A stretch of 64,000 nucleotides of DNA from the NCBI GenBank assembly GCA_963804995.1, contig CAWDSK010000003.1:704001-768000 (forward strand), given 5' to 3'. Positions 1 through 9,882 of the stretch are shown here, piece by piece. The notes below the pieces were generated by a model. The model made no database searches. It was not told where the DNA came from and saw nothing but the letters and a program-made list of their open reading frames with translations. The DNA is from an uncultured Acidobacteriota bacterium (GTDB lineage: Bacteria > Acidobacteriota > Terriglobia > UBA7540). Each line of letters begins with the position of its first letter. Position 1 is the first letter of the stretch. A program made the position numbers and the translations under genes.

Positions 1-698
1 CGGACTCCTGTCTTTCCGAACGCGTGCTGTTCCCCTATACCGCCGTCCAAAGCCACGGCATCGAGGATGCGCGGTTTGTGCGTTTTCAAGACGACGATGG
101 CAGGCGGACGTATTACGCCACTTTCACCGCCTACGATGGCAAAGAGATCCAGCCGCAGTTTCTTGAAACGCCTGATTTTCTTCATTTCAAATTCGCCACT
201 CTGAACGGTCCGGCGGTCCGCAACAAAGGCATGGCGCTCTTTCCCAGAAAAATTAAAGGGCTCTACGCGATGCTGAGCCGGCAGGACTACGAGAACATCT
301 ACGTAATGTTCTCCGACCATCTGCATCTATGGCGACTGAAGCAGCTCCTCCTGGGGCCCAAATTCCCCTGGGAGTTCATCCAGATGGGCAATTGCGGCTC
401 CCCGATTGAAACCACACGAGGCTGGCTGGTGCTCAGTCACGGAGTGGGCCCCATGCGGAAATATTGCATCGGCGCCTTCCTGCTCGATCATGATGATCCT
501 GCTAAGGTCATCGGCCGCCTGCGCGATCCGCTCATCGTGCCCAACCAGGATGAACGCGAAGGCTATGTCCCGAACGTGGTTTACTCCTGCGGCAGCCTCC
601 TGCACGGTGGCCAACTGATTATTCCTTACGGGACCTCCGACCACGCCACAACCTTTGCCACGGTGCCGCTCGACGAAGTTTTGGCCGCGATGCAATAG
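1..698 (+). CDS. Glycoside hydrolase family 130 (mannoside phosphorylase/glycosidase), 5'-truncated by window
   Basis: Motifs GIEDARF, NKGMALFPRKI, REGYVPNVVYSCG; frame open from the window start. Confidence 0.85.
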   Translation, partial: DSCLSERVLFPYTAVQSHGIEDARFVRFQDDDGRRTYYATFTAYDGKEIQPQFLETPDFLHFKFATLNGPAVRNKGMALFPRKIKGLYAMLSRQDYENIYVMFSDHLHLWRLKQLLLGPKFPWEFIQMGNCGSPIETTRGWLVLSHGVGPMRKYCIGAFLLDHDDPAKVIGRLRDPLIVPNQDEREGYVPNVVYSCGSLLHGGQLIIPYGTSDHATTFATVPLDEVLAAMQ

Positions 699-866
699 TC
701 CTATTCCTGAACGGCCCCACCTGAAAATCCCCCTCCTGAACTGGCCTGTGCAGTTTTGACCAAACGCGTGAGCGATGCTGAACAGACACGCCGATGATGC
801 CAAGGTATAACCAGTGTGTCTCAAGTGCCAGATTCTAGTCAGATACGGATGTCAGGGGAGAGAGAT

Positions 867-1319
867 ATGGTCGCACGAGCGGTGGTCATCAAGGTGCAGC
901 CGGGCTGCCCAGTGGAGCTGACCAGGACCCTTGAGGAGGAAGTTATTCCCCGCTTCCGAAAGGAAAAAGATTTTCGGGGCCTTCTCGCCTTCACCGTCCC
1001 GGACGGAACCGAAGCCCTCTCCTTAAGCCTCTGGGATCAAAAAAAGAGCTCGAGCGGATTCTTCACACGAAGCATTGCCGCCTTGTCGGCCCTGGCCAGG
1101 GTCGCACTGGGGAAAGCCTCCGTGGAAGTCTGTGAGGTTTGGAATTCCCCCGTACGCACCCTGGGGCAAGTGGCCGACCTGGGGGAAGGCATCGAGTCGA
1201 CGGCTGATGTCAGGATTTATCAATCGGCCCTGCGGCCTTTCCAAGTGGCGCCTGAGCGGCCCACCTTGAGCCGAGGCTTCCCGTTGATCTGGTGTCTCAT
1301 GAATTCATTTCATTTTTAG
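867..1319 (+). CDS. Hypothetical protein with N-terminal ABM-like (dimeric alpha+beta barrel) region
   Basis: MVARAVVIKVQPG...EVIPRFRKEKDFRG...LSLW pattern; ATG 867 follows a purine-rich RBS. Confidence 0.5.
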   Translation: MVARAVVIKVQPGCPVELTRTLEEEVIPRFRKEKDFRGLLAFTVPDGTEALSLSLWDQKKSSSGFFTRSIAALSALARVALGKASVEVCEVWNSPVRTLGQVADLGEGIESTADVRIYQSALRPFQVAPERPTLSRGFPLIWCLMNSFHF

Positions 1320-1380
1320 ATCTGACCCAAAAGCCACGGGGCAGAAAAGAGCGCCCCCAGAAAGTAATGAGGTAACTCCG

Positions 1381-2079
1381 ATGAAAAAGCTAGACCGATT
1401 CAAAGTAGTAGGAATGATTATCTGCTTGTGCCTGGGAGTTCTAACGTTTCTATCCAGCGCGAAGGCAGACGAGTGGAACCGGAAAACAGTCATGACCTTC
1501 AGCGCGCCCTTCGAGGTTCCGGGTGTGGACGCTCAGGTCCTGCCGGCGGGAACGTATGTTTTCAAGGTCATGGATTTGACTGATCGGCACGTGGTCCAAA
1601 TCTTCAACGAAGCCGAAGACCACGTTTTCACCACCATCCTCGCCATCCCCAATTATCGTTTGAAGGCGACGGGCAAAACGGTCCTGACCTTTAAGGAAAG
1701 AGGCGAAGGACAGCCGGAAGCCATCCGGGCGTGGTTCTATCCGGGACGCAACTGGGGCGAGGAATTTGTTTACCCCAAGCGCCGGGCTTTGGAACTCGCC
1801 AAGATCGTCAATGAGCCCGTTCTCGCTACTCCCGTCGAACTGCCTGCGGACGTCGAGGTTTTGAAGACGGCGCCGGTCATAGCCGTTAAACCTACCGGCG
1901 ATGAGGTGGCAATTACCGAAGTGGTTGAGCCCCTGCCGCCGACAGAGGTAGCCGCCAACACCGCCGCCCCAGCGACCATGGCTCAAACGGCCAGCCCGTT
2001 GCCGCTGGTGGGATTGATCGGGCTTCTGTCGCTAGGCGCAGGCGCTGCATTTTGGGCTTTTTCGAAGCGCACTGCCTGA
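1381..2079 (+). CDS. Secreted protein with C-terminal sortase-type sorting signal
   Basis: Signal peptide (AKA-D); C-terminal MAQTAS + hydrophobic helix + KR tail; sortase gene 1.5 kb downstream. Confidence 0.75.
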   Translation: MKKLDRFKVVGMIICLCLGVLTFLSSAKADEWNRKTVMTFSAPFEVPGVDAQVLPAGTYVFKVMDLTDRHVVQIFNEAEDHVFTTILAIPNYRLKATGKTVLTFKERGEGQPEAIRAWFYPGRNWGEEFVYPKRRALELAKIVNEPVLATPVELPADVEVLKTAPVIAVKPTGDEVAITEVVEPLPPTEVAANTAAPATMAQTASPLPLVGLIGLLSLGAGAAFWAFSKRTA

Positions 2080-2316
2080 GCCCAGAAAGTGTAAGCCTCT
2101 CGGTGGACCAGCCACAGAGAGGGTCTAAGTAGGACGCTTCGGGCGCCAATTTGCGGCCCGGGCGAAGCTGACTGAGCGTCGGGTCATGAAGGGGGGGGCG
2201 GTACGCGAGTACCCCTCCCCATCACGGTCGAAGGGTTAACCTCAAGAAGCTCACCCTTCTGGCAACGGACTGGATTCGACGGGCAGGCGATGGGTAACCT
2301 GCGAATGAGGACTTGA

Positions 2317-2508
2317 ATGTTCATCATCTATGAATATGCCGCCTGTTTAATCGCGGCGGTGATTGGCGCGGCGCTGGTGTTCACGGTCGGGGGAATCCTC
2401 ATCGTGCTCAAAGAGCTAAGCAGTCAGGGAGCGCGAAGGTTGCGAGAAATAACCCCTCGCGCCGCTTGGTTGGTGGGAAGATGGGCGCTGGAACCTCGCC
2501 AGCCCTAG
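2317..2508 (+). CDS. Small single-TM hypothetical protein
   Basis: GAGG RBS, hydrophobic N-terminal half, basic C-terminal half. Confidence 0.45.
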   Translation: MFIIYEYAACLIAAVIGAALVFTVGGILIVLKELSSQGARRLREITPRAAWLVGRWALEPRQP

Positions 2509-2564
2509 TCAGGTTGGCCATTCTCAAGGGGAGGCGCAGGTTGCAGTCCCGGCAACAACCCGTG

Positions 2565-3567
2565 ATGAGATTACGCACCGGCAAGGAAGGGGTCGCCACT
2601 GGCCGTTGTCTGGTCGCGCTCGTCTTCCTGATGACTCTACCCAGTCTGGCCCGGCCGCAAGCCTCCGCGCCACCCACGAGCCGCCCGAGTGGCGACTACA
2701 CGATCCGGGTGAACGCTGATTCCGTAGTCTTGCAAGCCACCGTGCGGAATCACAATGGCACTCCGGTTTCGGGCCTCAGCAAGGAGAACTTCCAGGTCTA
2801 CGAGGACGGAGCACTGCAACAGATTGAGTATTATGGCCATGATGATATCCCGGTTACGGTCGGTTTAGTTGTAGATAACAGTGGAAGCATGCGAACCAAG
2901 CGCCCGGAACGTCATAGCCGCCGCCTTGGCGTTTGCCCGCTCCAGCAATCCGCAAGACCAGATGTTCGTCGTCAATTTCAACGCGCATGTGTCGTTTGGC
3001 CTTCCCGACGGCATGCCCTTCACGGACCAAGCAGGGCAATTGCAATCGGCCCTGTCGAGAATTACCGCCATCGGCGAGACGGCGCTCTACGACGCTGTGG
3101 CGGTGGCGCTCGAGCACCTGAAGCAGGGTAATCGCGACAAGAAAGTGCTGATCGTGGTGAGCGATGGGGGCGATAACGCCAGCCACCACACCTTGGACCA
3201 GGTCGCGACCCTGGCCGGACAGTCGGACGCTATTATCTATACGATTGATATCTCCGTTCCCGAAGACCCTGACCGGAACCCCAATGCCCTGCGGCGGCTC
3301 GCCAAGGCCACGGGTGGCGAGGCCTTCTCGCCGGAAACACTGGAGGAGGTTGCCCCGATTTGCGAACGAATCGCGCAGGATATCCGGAGCCAGTACACCC
3401 TCGCCTATACACCCGCCAATACCAAGTCAGACGGCGCCTATCGGACCATCCAAGTTAAGACAACGGGGCACGGACGCTTGACCGTCCGCACCCGCGCCGG
3501 GTACTATGCACCCTCGAAACCTCAAGCGTTGCCCGCCATTGCCGGCAGTCAGACAAGTCATCCATGA
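2565..3567 (+). CDS. VWA domain protein (acidobacterial VWFA type), split by a 1-nt insertion near 2908-2910
   Basis: MIDAS DNSGSM in ORF 2466-3131; TALYDA and SDGGDN in ORF 2881-3567; removing one base restores a single ORF. Confidence 0.8.
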
Positions 3568-4247
3568 ATTTCAAAATTAAGCGGGAGAGGGACCATCCGA
3601 CGCGAACCGCCTTGATACTCCGTTGGGGACAATATGTCTTCTTTGGGGTGGGCGTCCTGGCACTGAGTTATTGCGCCACCGTGCTGCTCGATAGGTGGCT
3701 CTTTCAGGCCTACCAAACCTGGCAATTCGAACGAGCCTTGAAGGCCGCGCAGATGTCCCACTTGAGACCCGGGGAGGCCCTGCGAGGCCCTAGTCCCACC
3801 AAAACGGAAGCGGACCGTGCGCGCGCGGTGAGTTTTGGAATCGATGGACTCGCAGGCTCTCCGTTGGGGCGAATTGAGATCAATTCCATCGGCCTTGCGG
3901 CGATGATCATGGAAGGCGTTGACGGAAAAACCTTGCGACACGCGGTCGGACATGTTCCCGGTACCGCCCTGCCGGGTCAGCGAGGGAACGTCGCCATCGC
4001 TGGGCACCGCGACACTTTTTTCAGAGGGCTGCGCAATATTCACAAGGACGATGAAATCACTTTGACGACCCTAAACGGGTCCGACCGCTACCGTGTGGAC
4101 TTTACGGAAGTGGTCGAACCCACGTCCACGGAAGTACTGAACAATTCCGCTGACGCCATCCTCACACTGGTCACCTGTTACCCGTTCTATTACGTGGGGC
4201 CCGCCCCCAAGAGGTTTATCGTCCGCGCACACAGGATTTCTGAATAA
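3564..4247 (+). CDS. Class D sortase
   Basis: IAGHRDTFF, TLVTCYPF and catalytic Arg (KRFIV); N-terminal TM. Confidence 0.93.
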   Translation: MNFKIKRERDHPTRTALILRWGQYVFFGVGVLALSYCATVLLDRWLFQAYQTWQFERALKAAQMSHLRPGEALRGPSPTKTEADRARAVSFGIDGLAGSPLGRIEINSIGLAAMIMEGVDGKTLRHAVGHVPGTALPGQRGNVAIAGHRDTFFRGLRNIHKDDEITLTTLNGSDRYRVDFTEVVEPTSTEVLNNSADAILTLVTCYPFYYVGPAPKRFIVRAHRISE

Positions 4248-4586
4248 TCAGGGATTCTACCGCCTTTCAATCGAGTACAAGATCGGCAGCGCGTGGAAGA
4301 GGTCGCGGAGAGCCGGGTCGCCTCCCAGTCGCAGATTCTTACCCACGCCATGGCGCACGAGATTGGGCACCTCTTGCTGGGGCCGGACCACCACTCGCGA
4401 GCAGGGATCATGCGCGCCAATTGGGACCAGAGATACCTGGAGGACGCCAGCCGCGGCCAACTGCTTTTCACGCGGGATCAAACCGAGATCATCCGGGCTG
4501 AGGTGCAAACCAGGTCTGGGATGATGCAGTTGCACCTGGCCAGTCAACCCGCGCCTCGGGACTTGTCAGCGAATGCAGGCAGGTGA
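4248..4586 (+). pseudogene. 3' remnant of an HExxH-motif protein
   Basis: AHEIGHLLLG...HS..GIMRA motif; no N-terminal region or signal peptide; frame starts right after the sortase stop. Confidence 0.55.
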
Positions 4587-4728
4587 ACCCCACAGTCCAA
4601 CTTGGCGAGGAAGCACCATGAGAAGGCACGGTTAACCCTACCCACTCAATTGCCGAACACTCCTCTACCAGTCGAAAGACGAGCAAAGAGGGGCAGCGGA
4701 TGAGAACGTCTCCCGATGCCCCTCAAAA

Positions 4729-7700
4729 TCAAAAGGCTAGTTCGATAACCCCCGCGGCATCGGCAGTCGCGCTGGCACCACCCGTGGCGACAGTCACAAC
4801 ATTGGCCGAGCCGTTGGGCACGATGCTGACCGCATAACTAGCATTGGGCGTGAGTCCCGTCACCAGCAGGGTATGCACGCCGGCGGGGGCCGTCAAGGTG
4901 GTGCCCGTAAATTGTGCGGTGGCGCTTACCGGGAAGTAGACCGCCATAGTCGAAAACACCGCGCCGTCAAACGCCGTGCCATTGGTGCTTTGCAGGTAGG
5001 TGGCCGGGGCCATCGGTGCGCCAGGATCAGCGCCTTGCAACACGTGCAGGAAGCGGGTGTCGCTGGGCAGCGACGGATCCGCCACCTGGTAAATGTACTG
5101 GATGGGTTCCAAATCCGCGATGGGATTCAGATTGACCGCGCCGTTGAACGAGCTCAATGCAGGGGCGAGCGGCAAGAGCGTCTGGATGAACAACTGTTGG
5201 TTATCGGGCATGGTTTCAGTGGCAACGTTGCCGCTGATGACCGGCGGGTTGACCAAACTGAAATGGACCTGCTTGAACAAGCCCGAGTGGTTCGTCGTGG
5301 CGCGGTCGTAAATCACCACGTAGTCATTGTTCAGCCACATGATCGAGCGCGTGGCCTGGGTGACGTCGACCGCGGAAAGGGTGGAGTCCCAGATGTCGGG
5401 ACGGTTGAAGAGATTAGTCAGGTTGCTCGAGGCATACACGTAGCCGGAGCCCGTGCTGAAGAGGGTTGTGGGATCGCCGGCATCCATGCCTTCCATCCAC
5501 TGGCTGCCGTTGGCCCACTCACCGGTTTCAAACCAATTCAGATCGGGTGTACCATTGGGGCACCAGTTCTGGAGGGCCAGCGTGTTGTGATAGACGGTCG
5601 TCATACCCACCAGGTTGTTATCGTAGTTGCTCATTTCCTTGGTCAGCCACTCTCCCTTGCGGAACAGCTCAAACTGCCCGCCATCGCCATCCTGGTGGTT
5701 GATGGAAATCCAACTGGCACGATAGTCAAACATCGTGCCGTTCAAAGTCCAATCGCTATGCGCAATGATGCGGCCCGCGCCGGGGTCGTAGTACACCGTG
5801 GGGAAACTCGGCCGCGGATCGGTGGCTGTAGCCGCAGAGGGATCGAGTAGCAGGAAGTAAAGAACCGTCTCCTCCGTGCTCCAGGGTTGGGTCATGCGCT
5901 GGTTGATGTTGCCGGCGCCGCCTGGGGTAGCGTTCACCGCAAACCAGCGGGAGGCGTTGGCGTGGGCGGTGCTACCATTCTCGGCATCCAGCAGGGTCAG
6001 GAGCGCATAGGGCTGCATGAAATCCGGAGTGATCCACAAGCGTAGCAAGTCGCCGAAGCTGTCCATCTGGTAGACCGCGCCCTCCCAGGGTTCCGAAGCG
6101 GGGACGTGCGAAGTGGGAGTGAGCGCAGAAAGCGTACCGGTGACGTAACGATCCCAAACCGGCGCGCCGATCAGTCCGATTTGCGGCCCTGAGTAGGCAG
6201 CATTGTTGAAACCTGCCGTCTGGAGCGCCAGCAGTTGGCCCAGGACGAAACCGAAGGAGTGGCCGTAGAGCATACCCTCCGGAGGCATGCCGCCCGAGGC
6301 CAATCCAAACCCTGGAGTGTTGGGAGGCAAGCCATAAGCGGCGGGGACGACCGAGGGATCGCCCATCATGGCGAATTCCTGGTAGAGCCAGGCTCCTGTG
6401 GCATCCTGAATGTAGCTGCGCATTGAGTTGCCCAAGACGTCAGCGGGCTGCGTGGGATCTACGGGCGGGTCATCCGCCGGGTCAAGGGCGAGCGCCATCA
6501 TGGTCAGGATGCGGGCATGACCCAGGAAATAGTTGTTCGACGCCATGCGGTAAGGCTGGTTGTTGGGAAGAAGATTGAGACTGTTCATGGTGCCGATCGG
6601 CGAAGGATGGTCCCCACCCGTCGTAGAGGCATTGAGGCAGTCGTTCGCCCACTCCAGGAAAACATTCTGGATGGTGGCCTTGTCGCTGGCCGTGAGGATT
6701 GGGTTCCCCGATGCGTCAGTGGCGTTGTAAATCCAGTCAACAATTAAAGGCCATTGCTCACCGGAGAAGTTGGCGCGGTTGTAGATGGCAAACGCCGGAT
6801 CGCGGAAGGGAGCGTTGGCAAGGTGGCCCAGCGCCGCCTGATTCATCGCGTACATCAGCATGTTGCGCGCGTATTGCGCATAGGTTATGCGATTCGACGG
6901 GTTGGGATCGATCAGGGAGTTGAGCGCCAGGATTTCAGCGTACTGCTCGGTCAGGTAGCCCGTGTATCCCTGCACGTCGCCGGGATCGGGATAGGTCGGA
7001 TTGGGAACGCCGCCCGGGAAGAACTGTGTCTGGTAAAGTTGGACCGTATACTGGAGCATGGGCTGCATGCCATTCACATAAGTCGGATTGGATGCGGTGG
7101 CCCAGCCCTGCAAGCGCGGCAAATCGCTTTGCGTAATCCACAGCCGCGGATGGGTAGTGACGGGGAAAGGAATCGTGGACGGCCCGCTATAAGTGGCCGC
7201 CACGGTCGTATTCGCCGCCGGCATAGTCAGGGTGGTGCTCGGCGAGCTGGGATTTGCCACCGTCGCCCCTGTCCAGCCCTGGAACGTGTCGCCCGTGGGT
7301 GGGGAATCCGCCGTGATGGGTACGACCGTCCCGGCGGCATAGGTGCCGCTGCCGGATCCGCCCACTACGGTCAGCGTATACGTAGGTGTGTAGTAATTCG
7401 CCGTAACGGTGGTGGCGGCTGCAGGCATTGTGAGCGTCGTGGAAGACGCATTGGGATTTGCCACGGTCGCGCCCGTCCAATTGAGGAAAGCCTGTCCCGA
7501 AGGCGGCGCGTTCGCTGAAATCGAAACCACGGTGCCGGCCGCGTAATTGCCGCTCCCGGTGCCGCCTACAACGGTCAGCGGGTAAGTGGGTGCGGCGTAA
7601 TTCGCCTTCACGGTCGTCGTTGCGGCAGGCATGATGAGCGTAGTAGTAGAGGCATTGGGATTCGCCACGGTTGCGCCCGTCCAATTCAGGAAGACCTTTC

Positions 7701-8394
7701 CACTGGGTGGCGGGTTTGCCGAAATCGTTACCACGGTGCCTGCAGCGTACGATCCGCTTCCCGTCCCGTTGGTGACGGTCAGGGAGTAGAGAGTCACTAC
7801 GGGGACAGAGATGGAGTTGCTGTACGTTGAGCCGGGGTTCCGCACGCAAAACGAAGCAGAGGTGGCAGACCCCAGATAACCCGTCGCGGTGACGGTTGAG
7901 GAAGTAACGCCAGTGGTAACCATTTGAATTAAGGAATTACTGCCATAACTAATATACACTTCAGGGCCCGATACGAAGCCCGTGCCATGGACGGTTACGG
8001 TGATCGTGCCCACCGCGAGAGGATTGGGAGTTACCGAAGTTATGTTGGGTCCCAGCGACTCGATATTGACGTACGTGGTTCCCGAATACTTCGTGTTGAC
8101 CGTGCTGGTGGCGGTAATCTGCACAGGATTTTGTCCAGGCAGCTTGCTCGGAGCCGTGTAGAGACCCGTCGAACTGATGGTCCCCACGTTGGAGTTGCCC
8201 CCAACTTTGCCCCCGGCCGACCACTTCACGCCTGTGCCTGACAATCCGGTCACCGTCGCCTTAAACTGCACCGTGCCCCCCAGCCCCACGTAGGGCATGG
8301 TAGGCGCGACCGTGACGCTCTGAGCGTAAATGTTGCTGAAGGGGACAAGCAGGAAGGCGAGCAAAAGCAGTGCAAGATTACCGTTTCTTCGCAT
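4729..8394 (-). CDS. Large secreted multidomain protein: Ig-like domains, three 68-aa repeats, C-terminal heparinase II/III / polysaccharide lyase-like region
   Basis: Signal peptide at MRRN...IYA-Q; HPRLW at start of catalytic region; HQ..D.G.F...RKGEWL and HNT motifs. Confidence 0.7.
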   Translation of the reverse strand: MRRNGNLALLLLAFLLVPFSNIYAQSVTVAPTMPYVGLGGTVQFKATVTGLSGTGVKWSAGGKVGGNSNVGTISSTGLYTAPSKLPGQNPVQITATSTVNTKYSGTTYVNIESLGPNITSVTPNPLAVGTITVTVHGTGFVSGPEVYISYGSNSLIQMVTTGVTSSTVTATGYLGSATSASFCVRNPGSTYSNSISVPVVTLYSLTVTNGTGSGSYAAGTVVTISANPPPSGKVFLNWTGATVANPNASTTTLIMPAATTTVKANYAAPTYPLTVVGGTGSGNYAAGTVVSISANAPPSGQAFLNWTGATVANPNASSTTLTMPAAATTVTANYYTPTYTLTVVGGSGSGTYAAGTVVPITADSPPTGDTFQGWTGATVANPSSPSTTLTMPAANTTVAATYSGPSTIPFPVTTHPRLWITQSDLPRLQGWATASNPTYVNGMQPMLQYTVQLYQTQFFPGGVPNPTYPDPGDVQGYTGYLTEQYAEILALNSLIDPNPSNRITYAQYARNMLMYAMNQAALGHLANAPFRDPAFAIYNRANFSGEQWPLIVDWIYNATDASGNPILTASDKATIQNVFLEWANDCLNASTTGGDHPSPIGTMNSLNLLPNNQPYRMASNNYFLGHARILTMMALALDPADDPPVDPTQPADVLGNSMRSYIQDATGAWLYQEFAMMGDPSVVPAAYGLPPNTPGFGLASGGMPPEGMLYGHSFGFVLGQLLALQTAGFNNAAYSGPQIGLIGAPVWDRYVTGTLSALTPTSHVPASEPWEGAVYQMDSFGDLLRLWITPDFMQPYALLTLLDAENGSTAHANASRWFAVNATPGGAGNINQRMTQPWSTEETVLYFLLLDPSAATATDPRPSFPTVYYDPGAGRIIAHSDWTLNGTMFDYRASWISINHQDGDGGQFELFRKGEWLTKEMSNYDNNLVGMTTVYHNTLALQNWCPNGTPDLNWFETGEWANGSQWMEGMDAGDPTTLFSTGSGYVYASSNLTNLFNRPDIWDSTLSAVDVTQATRSIMWLNNDYVVIYDRATTNHSGLFKQVHFSLVNPPVISGNVATETMPDNQQLFIQTLLPLAPALSSFNGAVNLNPIADLEPIQYIYQVADPSLPSDTRFLHVLQGADPGAPMAPATYLQSTNGTAFDGAVFSTMAVYFPVSATAQFTGTTLTAPAGVHTLLVTGLTPNASYAVSIVPNGSANVVTVATGGASATADAAGVIELAF
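7188..7788 (-). repeat. Three tandem 204-bp (68-aa) intragenic repeats, InlB B-repeat-like
   Basis: Y.LTV..G.GSG.YAAGTVV.I.A..PP.G..F..WTGATVANP units start at 7788, 7584 and 7380. Confidence 0.9.
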
Positions 8395-8533
8395 ATCAGT
8401 ATCTCCCTTGAGCGGCACCCCATTAAGTTCATTTGTGCAGGGAACGCCTGCCCCCATGATTTGGACTGAGTTTGCGCCTGGGTCACTCGCCAGCCTAACG
8501 GCCGGCGTCTATCAACTCCCTGGGATTCACTAA

Positions 8534-9442
8534 GAGCTTATCCGTAAATACTTATTGAAGTCTGCTGCAATTTGATGCATGATTATGACCCAAGATGCCG
8601 CAGATAAAATCTTGGGAAGTATCCGACGAGTTTTGGGTGAAAGTCGAACCGCTGATTCCGGTTCGACAGCGGTCGAAAGGCCGAAAGTATAGGCGGAAGC
8701 CGGGGGGTGGGAGGAAGCCAATGCCGGCGCGCCGGATCTTCTCGGCCATTGTGTATGTGCTGCGCACGGGATGTCAGTGGAAGGCCTTGCCCAAGGAATT
8801 CGGCAGCGCCAGCGCGGTCCACAAGCATTTTCAACAGTGGCACCGGGCGGGTTTCTTTCTGGCGCTCTGGCGGTCGGGGCTGGCCGAGTACGATGAGCTG
8901 GAGGGCATTGCCTGGGACTGGCAAAGCATCGACGGAGCGATGGTGAAAGCCCCGCTGGCCTTGACTTGTGTGGGACCCAATCCCACCGATCGGGGAAAAA
9001 AATGGGCGCAAGCGAAGTTTGTTAGTCGACGGGCGTGGCGTCCCACTATCGCTCGCCGTCAGCGGAGCCAACCTGCATGATGTGAAGCTGCTGGCCACCA
9101 CCCTCGACCAGGTGGTGAGAGCGCGACCGGCACCGCGACCGAGAAAGCCCCAGCACCTTTGCGCCGATGCCGGTTACAAGGGATCCCGCGCTCGGCAAGC
9201 GGCCACGAACCGCCACTACCGGCCGCATATCAAGCAACAGCGAGAAGAGATGGAAGCAAAACGTATCGTCCCCGGTTACAAGGCTCGCCGATGGGTGGTC
9301 GAGCGGACCCATTCCTGGCTCAACCGATACCGCAAGGTGTTGGTGAGCTTTGAAAAGACCGAGGAAAGCTACGTCGCCCTACTAACCTTAGCCGCGGCCA
9401 TGATCTGCTGGCGACAGACAATTATTATTTACGGATAAGCTC
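8534..9442 (+). mobile_element. IS5-family insertion sequence (IS1031/IS427-type), 909 bp
   Basis: Perfect 17-bp TIR GAGCTTATCCGTAAATA (8534-8550 / 9426-9442); TAA target duplication (8531-8533 / 9443-9445). Confidence 0.95.
8595..9438 (+). CDS. IS5-family transposase in two frames joined at an A7 run (8996-9002)
   Basis: ORF A: LRTGCQW..LP, IDG, GPNPTDRGK; ORF B: GRKRSLLVD, DAGY, RWVVERTHSWL. Confidence 0.92.
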
Positions 9443-9467
9443 TAAGTATTTTCCGTGCTAATGTCCA

Positions 9468-9483
9468 TGCAACTGACACGCCA
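9468..9483 (-). promoter_or_regulatory. Putative sigma54 (-24/-12) promoter
   Basis: Minus-strand TGGCGT-GTCAG-TTGCA, exact GG-N10-GC spacing, facing the 4729-8394 gene. Confidence 0.6.
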
Positions 9484-9882
9484 CGCCCGTAAGCCCATAG
9501 AATTCTTGGCGACAGTAAACCTTTTGTAATCAGTACTAATCTGATACGCCCCTTTATGAAGCTTCGCTACGCTCAATTCCAGACAGAATACTGCCTAATT
9601 TTGTCGAAAATCCCGGACAAATCCTGTCACTTGTGATTATCCCGAGCGGAGAGTTGGGCGTCTTTGCGCCACCTTAAAATGGGGGAAAAAAGCCGTAGCG
9701 CCGGGGGCTCACCGGCGCTACGTGGGGGCGGGCGGGGAGGATGGCCGCCGCGTGGCGAGGTGCAATCGCCGCTAAACCCCCATGCCAACAAGTCGAAGAA
9801 GTTGAAAGAGTGGATTGGTCAAACCTTCCAACTCTTCAACTTCTTCAACTCGGTCTAAGCAGGGCGTGGGAAGGCAGCCCGA

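Noticed and set aside
4873..7849. Long alternative ORFs (4873-5850, 6754-7518, 7187-7849)
   Set aside because: Shadow frames of the GC-rich gene at 4729-8394
8395..8530. c-di-GMP or other riboswitch in the leader of the large secreted gene
   Set aside because: Only a GCGCAAA fragment; the required paired elements were not found by eye
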